A stretch of DNA of 61,341 nt from Fibrobacterota bacterium (GTDB lineage Bacteria > Fibrobacterota > Fibrobacteria > UBA5070), in assembly GCA_039798065.1 (NCBI GenBank), contig JBDKGS010000001.1, forward strand, positions 1 through 61,341, given 5' to 3'. The notes below the pieces were generated by a model that had not been told where the DNA came from, ran no database searches, and saw only the letters and a list, made by a program, of their open reading frames with translations. The position numbers and the translations under genes are program-made. Of this stretch, positions 7,587-16,603 are shown in pieces. How positions within the stretch are numbered: the first letter of the stretch is position 1; every line of letters starts with the position of its first letter.

Positions 7587-9797
7587 ATGAACCAGACAAC
7601 CAACCACCTCGCCACAGCCACACCGCTTCCGTTTCCGCGCATCCGCAAACGCGACGGACAGATCGTCGAATTCGAGGCATCCCACATCGCTCGCGCCATC
7701 GCCAAGGCGGGACTGGCCACCGGCGAGTTCGATGAAGCCTCCTCACGGCGCCTCACCCTCAAGGTTCTCGCCCTGCTACCGTCAGCCGTTACCGACGCGG
7801 TTCCCACCGTCGAAGAGGTCCAGGACCTGGTCGAGGAAGTGCTGCTGGCCTCGCCGTTTCGGAAGACTGCCAAGGCCTACATCCTGTACCGCGACCAGCA
7901 CACCAAGCTGCGCGAGATCCGCGACCGCGCCAGCATCGATCTGGTCGACGGCTACCTGCGCAAACTCGATTGGCAGGTGCGCGAGAACTCGAACATGAGT
8001 TACTCGCTGCAGGGGCTCAACAACTACATCGCCAGTGCAGTCAGCCAGACCTACTGGCTGAACTCCATCTACACCCCCGAGATCCGCAACGCCCACGAGT
8101 CCGGCGAGCTGCACCTGCATGACCTGAACCAGCTCTCGGTGTACTGCGTGGGCTGGGATCTGCACGACCTGCTTTCCCAGGGTTTTCAAGGCGTCTCCGG
8201 CAAGGCGGAAGCGCGACCAGCCCGCCACCTGCGCACCGCTCTGGGGCAGATCGTGAACTTCTTCTACACACTCCAGGGCGAAGCCGCCGGGGCCCAGGCG
8301 TTTTCCAGCTTCGACACGCTGCTGGCTCCATTCATCCGCGCTGATGGACTCGACTACACCCAAGTCAAGCAGGCTCTGCAGGAGTTCGTCTTCAACATCA
8401 ACGTGCCCACGCGCGTGGGCTTCCAGACCCCGTTCACCAACGTCACCCTGGACCTGGTCTGCCCCGAGCACTTCGCCAGCCAGCCGGTGGTCATCGGAGG
8501 CGAGCTCCAAAGTCTGACCTATGGCGAGCACCAGGCGGAAATGGACCTTTTCAACCGGGCTTTCTTCGAGGTCATGAGCGAGGGCGACGCCAAAGGACGC
8601 GTCATGACCTTCCCCATCCCCACCATCAACCTGACCAAAGGGTTCGACTGGGACAACCCAGCCTGGAAGGGCCTTTGGGAGATGACCGGGCGTTACGGGA
8701 TCCCCTACTTCTCGAACTTCATCCATTCCGACCTCGATCCGTCCGACGCACGCTCCATGTGCTGCCGGCTGCGCATCGACAACACGCAATTGGAACGCCG
8801 CGGCGGCGGCCTCTTCGGCGCACACCCCCTGACAGGTTCTGTCGGCGTGGTCACGTTGAATCTGCCACGGGCCGCACACCAAGCTTTTGTCGAAGCCCAT
8901 GATCAACCGGCCCGGATCGCCGAATTCCGACGCATCCTGGAAGCACGGATGGAGGTCGCACGCGAGAGCTTGGAGATCAAGCGCAAGTTCCTGGAGCGAC
9001 TCACCGACTCCGGTCTGTTCCCGTACACCAGCTTCTACCTGCGCCACATGCGCGAACGTTTCGGTTGCTACTGGAAGAACCATTTCAGCACCATCGGGAT
9101 CGTCGGCATGAACGAAGCCTGCGAGAACATGGGGCTCGGCGGCATCGGCTCCGAGGCCGGGCACCGCTTCGCTCGGGAGACCCTGGATTTCATGCGTCAG
9201 ATTCTGACACGCTTCCAGGAAGAAACCGGCAACCTGTACAACCTGGAAGCCACCCCGGCCGAAGGCACCAGTTACCGGCTCGCCCGCAAGGACAAGACCG
9301 ACCTACCACGGATCCAGGTCGCCAACGAACAGGCGGTTCGCGAAGAGGGTGCCGCACCGTACTACACCAACTCCTCGCACCTTCCCGTCGATTTCACCAA
9401 CGACCTCTTCGAAGCATTGGAACACCAGGACGATCTGCAGACACGCTACACCGGCGGGACGGTCCTGCACCTGTACCTGGGCGAGCGGGTCTCCGATCCC
9501 GACGCGGTCAAGGACCTGGTGCGCACGATCGCCAACGGTTACCGGATGCCGTACTTCTCGCTCACGCCCACGTTCAGCGTGTGTCCCGAGCACGAATACA
9601 TCGCCGGCGAACATCCGAGCTGCCCCGTGTGTGCACGCACGAGCGAAGTCTATTCCCGTGTAGTCGGTTACCTCCGACCGGTCCAGCAATGGAACGAAGG
9701 GAAACAATCCGAATTCGCAGCTCGGCGCGCCTACCAGATGCCCGAAGGAAGTGAATCGGAAACCGCATTCCGGACCTCCTGCCCGCAGCCCGCGTGA
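7587..9797 (+). CDS. nrdD: anaerobic (class III) ribonucleoside-triphosphate reductase
   Basis: 736 aa from the ATG at 7587 (GGAG at 7575-7578). N-terminal ATP-cone (IRKRDGQIVEFEASHIARAI..KAYILYRDQH). C-terminal Zn ribbon CPEH..CPVC followed by glycyl-radical motif SRVVGYLRP. GTGA overlap with nrdG. Confidence 0.93.
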   Translation: MNQTTNHLATATPLPFPRIRKRDGQIVEFEASHIARAIAKAGLATGEFDEASSRRLTLKVLALLPSAVTDAVPTVEEVQDLVEEVLLASPFRKTAKAYILYRDQHTKLREIRDRASIDLVDGYLRKLDWQVRENSNMSYSLQGLNNYIASAVSQTYWLNSIYTPEIRNAHESGELHLHDLNQLSVYCVGWDLHDLLSQGFQGVSGKAEARPARHLRTALGQIVNFFYTLQGEAAGAQAFSSFDTLLAPFIRADGLDYTQVKQALQEFVFNINVPTRVGFQTPFTNVTLDLVCPEHFASQPVVIGGELQSLTYGEHQAEMDLFNRAFFEVMSEGDAKGRVMTFPIPTINLTKGFDWDNPAWKGLWEMTGRYGIPYFSNFIHSDLDPSDARSMCCRLRIDNTQLERRGGGLFGAHPLTGSVGVVTLNLPRAAHQAFVEAHDQPARIAEFRRILEARMEVARESLEIKRKFLERLTDSGLFPYTSFYLRHMRERFGCYWKNHFSTIGIVGMNEACENMGLGGIGSEAGHRFARETLDFMRQILTRFQEETGNLYNLEATPAEGTSYRLARKDKTDLPRIQVANEQAVREEGAAPYYTNSSHLPVDFTNDLFEALEHQDDLQTRYTGGTVLHLYLGERVSDPDAVKDLVRTIANGYRMPYFSLTPTFSVCPEHEYIAGEHPSCPVCARTSEVYSRVVGYLRPVQQWNEGKQSEFAARRAYQMPEGSESETAFRTSCPQPA

Positions 9798-10390
9798 GAA
9801 TCGGAGGCTACGAGAAAACGTCGCTGGTCGACTTTCCGGGTCGGGTGGCGGCGGTGGTGTTCACTCAGGGCTGCAACTTCCGCTGTCCATGGTGTCACAA
9901 CCGACAGTTGGTCGAGCCAAGGGCGTTCGGCCCGCCGATTCCTGTCGATGACATTTTCCGGCATTTGGGTGGCCGCGTGGGAAAACTCTCCGGGGTGGTC
10001 GTGACCGGCGGAGAGCCCACCCTTCAGCCCAACCTGGAGTCGTTTCTTGCACGCCTGTGCGCACTCGGTTTCGCGACCAAGCTGGACACCAACGGCTCGA
10101 ACCCGGCTGTCGTTCAAAAGCTTCTGGACCGTGCGCTGATCGACTTCGTGGCTGTGGATCTCAAGGCGCCATGGTCGCGTTACCGCGAAGCGTGCGGGGT
10201 GCGGGTCGACACCAGGGCTGTTCAGGAAACCATCCAACTTCTGCGTGCGCAACGCATCCCGCACCATCTGCGTACCACCGATTGGGCGGAGTTCGCTCCC
10301 GGGGAGCGCGAGGAGATCGAAGCGATTGCTGGCGGATCAACCTTGGTCTGGCAAACCTTCCGCGCAGTCCATCTCCAAACCTGTGGCTGA
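9794..10390 (+). CDS. nrdG: anaerobic ribonucleotide reductase activating protein (radical SAM)
   Basis: CNFRCPWCHN (CxxxCxxC radical-SAM cluster) near the N-terminus, GGEPTL motif, about 200 aa, immediately downstream of nrdD. Confidence 0.9.
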   Translation: MRIGGYEKTSLVDFPGRVAAVVFTQGCNFRCPWCHNRQLVEPRAFGPPIPVDDIFRHLGGRVGKLSGVVVTGGEPTLQPNLESFLARLCALGFATKLDTNGSNPAVVQKLLDRALIDFVAVDLKAPWSRYREACGVRVDTRAVQETIQLLRAQRIPHHLRTTDWAEFAPGEREEIEAIAGGSTLVWQTFRAVHLQTCG

Positions 10391-10449
10391 AAACACCAGG
10401 CACAGCCCATTCGGGTGCTCGAAGGGCTGTGTCGCCACGGAACCATCGA

Positions 10450-10743
10450 TCAAGTCGAGCTTGAATCTTCCGGAAGCGCCGCGAGAATCCGAGTCCACTT
10501 GTCCACCAGGAGATCGATCCTTTCCGTCAACACCTGCACATGTTCCACCAACTCTCGATCCTGCTGGCGACGCCGATGACGTAACTCCGCTTCCAGAGCC
10601 TCATCCGAAAGCAAGCTCAAGCCCTCATGAGCCTCCAGGTGTCGACGAAGATCCAACCGCTCCTCGAGTGTCGTGGTCGATGGTACCGTTTGCTGCTCCA
10701 GGACTTCCTGGGGCTGTTCTGCAATGGGCGTGGTGTCGTGCAT
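10450..10743 (-). CDS. small helical hypothetical protein (97 aa), LSxEExxAELxRR-motif family
   Basis: ATG at 10743 preceded by AAGGAG. Predicted coiled-coil composition. Shares a motif with ORFs 12214..12711 and 13690..13869. Confidence 0.55.
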   Translation of the reverse strand: MHDTTPIAEQPQEVLEQQTVPSTTTLEERLDLRRHLEAHEGLSLLSDEALEAELRHRRRQQDRELVEHVQVLTERIDLLVDKWTRILAALPEDSSST

Positions 10744-10944
10744 CTTCGCTCTCCTTGTTGAGGGATACGAAGAATTGCGGCATCGTAAAGCACCCTGAAG
10801 ACACCGCCGTCGCGGCGGCGTGAACAGCCGCCCCGAACCGGCACGCACTCTCCCTAGCGCCAACGCAGACCAGAATTTCTTGCTTTCAAGCACGACTCCG
10901 CCAAACACCCCGGTGATGAATCATCCAATCATCGGAGCCTCGCT

Positions 10945-12204
10945 ATGAAGCTCGCACAAATCCGCATCCTGCTTCCCCTCGCCTTTTTGACTTGTGCAGC
11001 TGCAAACGCAGCACTCGATACAAACGTCGTCCGGGCACAGCTTCCGGCACCCCGCCCGCTCATCGCCGTCGGCCACCCCGTCGACTGGTGGTTCGTCTTC
11101 AAATTCAACTCCGCCAAGTTTCCGGGGTGCGCAGGAGTCGCACAGCAGGCATGTGTGTTCGGCGGATCCGTCCAAGAGGGAAAGAAGTACAGCCAACAGT
11201 TCGTCTACGCCAGCAGCACGAACCCAGCCCTGCACGAAGGGGGCACCTGCCTCGGCAATGACACAATCCAGGATCCCCTGGGTGCAACCTTCGAGCAGGT
11301 CTACTCAGGCGGCTACAACTACCTCACCTGGAACGACCAGTTCTACAAGGATCCGCCCATCCATGGGTGCGGCAACTCCTGCAGCGCACCTTGGGGACAC
11401 TCCAAAGGCCTGGTGGCCTGGAACGACAGCGGCGTTGGATTCGTGTTACAGGTTTCGACACCATCGTGGCCGGCATCTGCGAGCAAGGACCATCCGCGCG
11501 CAACTGACGGAAACACCCTCGGATGTATCAGGGACAACAACATCCGCCTCAGCCAGCATTTCTTCGCGCTCAGGCTCACCAAGGATGACCTCGTGCTTAC
11601 GCTCCGGGGCATCCAGAACGCCAGCGTGGCCACAGATCCAAGCAACCCCCAGATCGCGCGGAACGGCGGGCCCGAGGATGTGCAGAAGCTCGTCCAAAGC
11701 CTGGGCCAGAAGTCCAGCTCGCACACAGCAACGCACACCATGCTTTCCACAGGCGTGGAGCTGATCTCCAAGCCATCGCAGCTGCATGTACCACCCTGGC
11801 AGATGGTGTCTTCGATCCTGAGTGGGGTGCCGCTGCGTACGGCCAACTGGTGGAATCGCACGTCCATTCCAACAACGACAACCGAAACCCCGATCGGCTG
11901 CTGGGACTCAACCTTGGACAAGCCTGGTGCGGTCGAGATCGCAACCACAGGCCGATGGAACACGGTCCGTTTCAGCCTCAAGGGCGGCCCCAGTGGGAAT
12001 AACAACCACGCCAAGATCGGAGTGTCCATCGACTCCGTGCACGCGTACACGATCTTCGGTGACATGAATCAGCAAGGCGCATTGTCCGGGCCGGATTGCA
12101 ACAGCAGCCAAGATGGTCGCGGCGGGCTGTTCTTCGTGGTCAGCAACCCCACCCTTCATCAGAGCGTGCAGGAACTGATCACCGGCGACACCGCGGATCC
12201 TTGA
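10945..12204 (+). CDS. secreted deoxyribonuclease II (DNase II, PLD-superfamily) homologue
   Basis: Signal peptide MKLAQIRILLPLAFLTCAAANA. Two HxK motifs in DNase II context: WGHSKGLVAWNDSGVGFVLQVSTPSWPA (compare human [26 protein letters not shown], recalled from memory) and NNHAKIGVS..FGDMNQQG..DGRGG (compare DHSKW..GDMNRNQGEEQRGGG). Confidence 0.85.
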   Translation: MKLAQIRILLPLAFLTCAAANAALDTNVVRAQLPAPRPLIAVGHPVDWWFVFKFNSAKFPGCAGVAQQACVFGGSVQEGKKYSQQFVYASSTNPALHEGGTCLGNDTIQDPLGATFEQVYSGGYNYLTWNDQFYKDPPIHGCGNSCSAPWGHSKGLVAWNDSGVGFVLQVSTPSWPASASKDHPRATDGNTLGCIRDNNIRLSQHFFALRLTKDDLVLTLRGIQNASVATDPSNPQIARNGGPEDVQKLVQSLGQKSSSHTATHTMLSTGVELISKPSQLHVPPWQMVSSILSGVPLRTANWWNRTSIPTTTTETPIGCWDSTLDKPGAVEIATTGRWNTVRFSLKGGPSGNNNHAKIGVSIDSVHAYTIFGDMNQQGALSGPDCNSSQDGRGGLFFVVSNPTLHQSVQELITGDTADP

Positions 12205-12213
12205 GGTCTGGCT

Positions 12214-12711
12214 TCATGCTCCTGAAGGTCGCCTGCCCGGCTTCCCTGTGAATAGCCCAGTTGCATCGGACTTGCAGAGGATTCGGTCACGAATCATTTC
12301 AGCGGTTTGCTCGTCACAAGTGTTCTCAGGCTCCTTGCCTGTGCGCTGGTTGAACTCCCAGACGTAGAAGGCGTACGCGTACAGCTTCGCCTCATCCTTC
12401 TTCAGGGAATCCACCAGAGCCTGGAAGTCCTCGACGCAGCACAGCGCACGGAACCGAGCCATGTCCGCACGCATCTGGGCTTCGTTCACCTTCAACGGTG
12501 AAAGCTTCACCACGTACACGACTTCCTCGATGATCTTCCGAAGCTCCGCGACCTCCATGCGATAGTCGCGCATCGTCTTGAAATGGCGGCGCCAGATCTC
12601 GGTTTCGATCTCGTCGGTGCTGTAACTGCTCAGCGGATTTTTCGACACGTCATCCTCGTTGGATCCGGAAGGACGAGCACTTCGTTCACCGGGGAGATGC
12701 AGGCATCCCAT
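12214..12711 (-). CDS. hypothetical protein (165 aa) carrying the LSxEExxAELxRR-like motif
   Basis: ATG at 12711. N-terminal SYSTDEIETEIWRRHFKTMRDYRMEVAELRKIIEE resembles the two small neighbours. The rest is unrecognised. Confidence 0.5.
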   Translation of the reverse strand: MGCLHLPGERSARPSGSNEDDVSKNPLSSYSTDEIETEIWRRHFKTMRDYRMEVAELRKIIEEVVYVVKLSPLKVNEAQMRADMARFRALCCVEDFQALVDSLKKDEAKLYAYAFYVWEFNQRTGKEPENTCDEQTAEMIRDRILCKSDATGLFTGKPGRRPSGA

Positions 12712-12840
12712 TCGGAGGCCGCCCCAGGATCAGCTGGATTGTTGTCCGGCACGTGCACGCGTGATCATTCTATCACGTTGCAGACACAACTGCAATAAGC
12801 TGTACGTGCATGGCCGCACACGCCACCTCTGGAAGTGCCC

Positions 12841-13683
12841 CTACGGCAGAAAGCCGTCGGCACCAGGCTCCGGCGCGTGCCAGTACCGGAACTTGTCCAG
12901 GTACTCACGCAAGCCGGGATACTCCGTGACGTGCTCCTCGATCAGCTTGTGCGCGGACTCGACCAAGCCGTTCTCTTCCTCGGGCTTGACCTTGCCCCGA
13001 AGTACGGCAATGCGCAGCTGGACGAAGTACGTGTCCAGAACATCGCACACGCAGTAATCGTCGATGCGGACATGTTCACCGGCATCCCAAAGATCCTGCA
13101 CCATGCTGCCCTTGGTGTCCATCTTCCCGGGCTTGTGCAACAGCGTCGCGAGCATGTGCAGGCCACCAGCCATCCGCGTGGCACCATGCGAGGTCATGAA
13201 TTCCATCAGGTCCAGGTGCCCGCGCTGCTGGTAACGTGACCGCGGCGAACTCGGACCTTCCACGCCAAACCACCCCGGCGCTTGCACCCCGTAGCGGAAG
13301 GCCGCCAGCTCCAGCACCGGCAGATCAAAGCCCCGGCCGTTGAACGTGATCAACTGCGGCTTGTGCCGGCGCTCCCAGCCGTCCCAGAACGCCTTGGTGA
13401 TGATGTGTGGCCGGAAGCTCGGGCGATCCAACGTCGCGAGACCTACGAGCTGGAAACGGTCATCCACACCCGCGAGCGCCGTCGACACCGGGACATGGAA
13501 CACGTGCGGGATGAAGTCGGACTTGCCATCGCTGGCCTCGCGCAACTCCGCTGCAAGGCGTTCGCGCGCTTGCGCCGGCGTGAGCTCCGGTTCGGCCGGC
13601 CACTTCACACGCTGAACCAAGCGACCGTCGACGACGGTCTCAATGTCCATGACCAGCGCGGTCACGTTCGCGGGAAGTGACAC
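12841..13683 (-). CDS. 3'-5' exonuclease related to the PolB exonuclease domain (RNase H-like fold)
   Basis: Exo I LVMDIET, Exo II ITFNGRGFDLPVL, HLDLMEF, KPGKMDTKG, and Exo III DDYCVCDVLDTYF. This arrangement is typical of the stand-alone 'predicted PolB-like exonuclease' family. GTG start 6 nt after the upstream stop. Confidence 0.85.
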   Translation of the reverse strand: MSLPANVTALVMDIETVVDGRLVQRVKWPAEPELTPAQARERLAAELREASDGKSDFIPHVFHVPVSTALAGVDDRFQLVGLATLDRPSFRPHIITKAFWDGWERRHKPQLITFNGRGFDLPVLELAAFRYGVQAPGWFGVEGPSSPRSRYQQRGHLDLMEFMTSHGATRMAGGLHMLATLLHKPGKMDTKGSMVQDLWDAGEHVRIDDYCVCDVLDTYFVQLRIAVLRGKVKPEEENGLVESAHKLIEEHVTEYPGLREYLDKFRYWHAPEPGADGFLP

Positions 13684-13689
13684 GCTTGG

Positions 13690-13869
13690 TTACTTTCGGC
13701 CGCGGGCCTTCGCCGCGATCTTCAGCTGCTGAATCTGGATTTCCAGCACGTTGATCGCGCGCTTGTGCTCAGCGATTTGTGCGCGATAGGCGTCAAGTTC
13801 CTCACGCTTGCGGCGCTGGAGCTCGGCGTGGATTTCCTCTGTGGAAAGCAGATTCACTGGAAAGGACAT
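13690..13869 (-). CDS. small coiled-coil protein (59 aa), LSxEExxAELxRR-motif family
   Basis: ATG at 13869 with GAGGTG upstream. MSFPVNLLSTEEIHAELQRRKREELDAYRAQIAEHKRAINVLEIQIQQLK. Tightly precedes the exonuclease gene. Confidence 0.55.
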   Translation of the reverse strand: MSFPVNLLSTEEIHAELQRRKREELDAYRAQIAEHKRAINVLEIQIQQLKIAAKARGRK

Positions 13870-14095
13870 GAGCACCTCGAAACAAAAAGAATTTCATAAG
13901 AATGATACCAAACTTACAATTAACAATCATGACTCAGCCATATCCGCGGACCATCAAAAATACCGATGTGCAAATTCAACGTCATGACCCTTGAAGCTCT
14001 ACTATACCATTTTACAAACATGAGCTATCCAGCACAAAATTCACGCGCGTTCTGCCTCAATTATCGAGACAAAATTGGATTTGCCCCCAAAGCGC

Positions 14096-14614
14096 CTAGA
14101 ACAATTCGCGATATTCACGATCTTCCAAATTCAATCGACGCATCTCTAGTATTTCCTTATACGAGATCTTCGCCCCTGTAAGCGCGCAAACATCTACATC
14201 GGAAATGCATTTTTCAACTAGATCATCCGATTGAAATCTAAGTGGAGGAAGAATCACAGCAAAATCATCAACCCAATAAAACAATCCTTGCTCTAGCCAA
14301 ACGATTGATTTTGGTGGCAGCGTTTTCGCAAGCTCGATCAAACAATTCAGCCATTCATGCCGGCATTCAATAAAATCGACAGAACTCCGGAACGCAACAA
14401 TTGCACCGCGATACACAGTCTTGTCAATAGTTAACAACAGATTCGGGATAATTGGCCCGCCCTTCGTCGTCAATCTTGACTGAGCAATCTGAGTGAGCCT
14501 TAGAATTTCAGAAACAAAATCACGATGACCAAACCCCTTGATAAACAAGTGTGAGTTTTGAAATACAACTAAATTTCGCTCAGATTCTAATAAACTCATT
14601 TCACCAATTTCCAT
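14096..14614 (-). CDS. hypothetical protein (172 aa) in low-GC island
   Basis: Clean ORF with an ATG start in an AT-rich segment downstream of the RHS locus. No motif recognised. Confidence 0.5.
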   Translation of the reverse strand: MEIGEMSLLESERNLVVFQNSHLFIKGFGHRDFVSEILRLTQIAQSRLTTKGGPIIPNLLLTIDKTVYRGAIVAFRSSVDFIECRHEWLNCLIELAKTLPPKSIVWLEQGLFYWVDDFAVILPPLRFQSDDLVEKCISDVDVCALTGAKISYKEILEMRRLNLEDREYRELF

Positions 14615-14726
14615 TCGATTTCAGGCACAATGTGCCAAGTTAAGTCCTGAGCCGAAATCAGGGACAGGAGAAATTGTACAAGCATGCGTAATTGTGCTTT
14701 CTAGGAAATTGATCCTGACAGAACGG

Positions 14727-15398
14727 CTACTTGCGAATCCCCGCCAGCTGATCTTTCAGGTCATCCGCCAGTTTGCCAGCGTCCGCGTACCAGTCGGATT
14801 GGGTGATGATATTGGTCACCACGGCAAAGGTCGTTGAGGACGCCTCCAACCTACCACCCGCGATCGCATTTTGGCTTCGGGGGTCGAACACGAGCCAGTT
14901 CATTTTCGCGTAAAGGTGCGAGCTCGTCGTGCCTCCGCTCCCGCCGAGGCCGGGCATATTCAACAAGCCTGTCGAAAAGACCATCGGCCCGAAGAACAGG
15001 TGAAGCTTCGTGGTATCCAAGTCCGCCTTCGCGAAGTAGGCCTTGATGGATTGGTCGCCGAGTTGGAAAGAACTCGAGTCATCAGCTGAATGGAACGGCG
15101 TTACCGAATCTAGGACCACCCCTGTCGATTTCGATTGGGCCATAAGCTTGCCAAGGAAGACCGCCTGAATTCGGTGCTCAAACTCCGCATCCGAAATTCC
15201 GTCCTTGGCGAACGACTTGTACGGCCCTGATGCCAAAGCCGTGAACGGATGGACAGACTGTGCGAGCAACACCACCATCGGAAGCTGCCGAATTTCCACT
15301 CGATCGATTCCCGTGAGAACTCCAGTTCGAGCGGCAGCACATCCATACAAAAGAGGAAAACAGAGAAAAAGGCAAAGGCCGAAAGCCGCACTTCGCAT
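14727..15398 (-). CDS. putative lipoprotein (223 aa)
   Basis: From the internal ATG: MRSAAFGLCLFLCFPLLYGCAA, i.e. a signal peptide plus lipobox (L-Y-G-C). Confidence 0.6.
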   Translation of the reverse strand: MRSAAFGLCLFLCFPLLYGCAAARTGVLTGIDRVEIRQLPMVVLLAQSVHPFTALASGPYKSFAKDGISDAEFEHRIQAVFLGKLMAQSKSTGVVLDSVTPFHSADDSSSFQLGDQSIKAYFAKADLDTTKLHLFFGPMVFSTGLLNMPGLGGSGGTTSSHLYAKMNWLVFDPRSQNAIAGGRLEASSTTFAVVTNIITQSDWYADAGKLADDLKDQLAGIRK

Positions 15399-15433
15399 CG
15401 CAACAAGGCTTCGAGTCGCAGGCAACCTCACGG

Positions 15434-16009
15434 TCAATTGTAAGTCCAGGTCAATTGAAATCCCGGCCCCATCGCATGCCAATAGAGAGACTGATCCGGA
15501 TCACTCCACTTGACCTGTTCCCAAGTAATCATTGCTCCCAATCCACTGAATTCGGAAACCATGAATTCTTTCCCTAAACCAATTGATAGCCGATATCCCT
15601 GGCCATTCCCGAATTTATCAGAACCCACAAGATAGCCCATAGAACTGGTTACGAAATAATTCTCTTTCGAGTACCAAGAGAATCCTGCACCAAACGTCAA
15701 ACTTTGGAATTCGCTCTGATAGGTGACCAGCGCGTCTATAAGCGACAAATGTACGGCGAAGCGCGGCACAAGAGATCCACCCATTTGAACCCGAACAAGG
15801 GTGGCGGCGTTTCCCAATGATGAATGTCCCGTCGAATTGATATCAACGGAAGCTGGAGCCATGGGGATTCCACCCAGACCTGCCCGGAAAAAGAAGCCTT
15901 CATGAGTAGCTTCGTTTGAACTCCCATCAACGGCTGAACCCTCAGGTCCAAGCCAATCAGGCCTAGCCACCGCAATTGCAGCGAGCAAACAAACCAATTT
16001 CAAAGCCAT
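15434..16009 (-). CDS. putative small outer-membrane beta-barrel protein (191 aa)
   Basis: From the internal ATG: signal peptide MALKLVCLLAAIAVA. Alternating hydrophobic/aromatic beta-strand pattern rich in G, S and Y, with an aromatic-rich C-terminus (GFQLTWTYN). Confidence 0.5.
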   Translation of the reverse strand: MALKLVCLLAAIAVARPDWLGPEGSAVDGSSNEATHEGFFFRAGLGGIPMAPASVDINSTGHSSLGNAATLVRVQMGGSLVPRFAVHLSLIDALVTYQSEFQSLTFGAGFSWYSKENYFVTSSMGYLVGSDKFGNGQGYRLSIGLGKEFMVSEFSGLGAMITWEQVKWSDPDQSLYWHAMGPGFQLTWTYN

Positions 16010-16109
16010 CGCATCTCCTATCAATCTTTCCAACAACAATTTCGTGCACAAATCGTTCCCCAATGCCACCGCAAGGAAAACGGCCTAGGGATTAGCGCCC
16101 AATCACCGT

Positions 16110-16442
16110 TCACGAAAACACATAAATCAAATCAAAAATCACAACATTCCAAGAGCCAAGCGCTAGTCCTTTCTTTATGTTATTGCGATGCATCTTCGAT
16201 TCACAATACGTATCAGAATATGACACAATACAAAAAGGGAAGACCCATGCATTAATACTCTTGAAGAACCGGACATCCCCAGTTGGGCACTTCTTGGAGT
16301 CAGAATATTCCGACATCATCACGCCATCCGAAACTTTACCCCACCCCACTGACTTATTGAGCCCGGGATCGACAAGCAGTGTCATGATCACGTTCACCAC
16401 AAGGTAGAGGCTGAGCCCAAGATAGACTGATTTTTTACTCAT
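16110..16442 (-). CDS. small membrane protein (110 aa)
   Basis: N-terminal TM segment VYLGLSLYLVVNVIMTLLV and C-terminal hydrophobic segment. AT-rich. No homology recognised. Confidence 0.45.
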   Translation of the reverse strand: MSKKSVYLGLSLYLVVNVIMTLLVDPGLNKSVGWGKVSDGVMMSEYSDSKKCPTGDVRFFKSINAWVFPFCIVSYSDTYCESKMHRNNIKKGLALGSWNVVIFDLIYVFS

Positions 16443-16603
16443 TTTGAGGCTGCCGTTTTGGGTGGATAAGTTATAGAGCCGAATAACAGAATCTCAGCCA
16501 TAAACCCTTCACCAGCTCCATCAGTCCTCTCCGCTGGAGTCAGCAAACTATATGCATTCAGAAACTGAAGTCCGCTTGGCAGCAACACTGGTGGAGCACT
16601 CGG

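Noticed and set aside
7782-9164. 460-aa ORF on the minus strand inside nrdD
   Set aside because: It is antisense to a gene with unambiguous NrdD motifs. Long shadow ORFs are expected in high-GC DNA, and there is no motif or ribosome-binding site.
10401-10431. Hairpin CACAGCCC-N15-GGGCTGTG between convergent nrdG and the 97-aa ORF as a bidirectional terminator
   Set aside because: The loop is 15 nt and no U-tract follows on either strand. This is too weak to call an intrinsic terminator.
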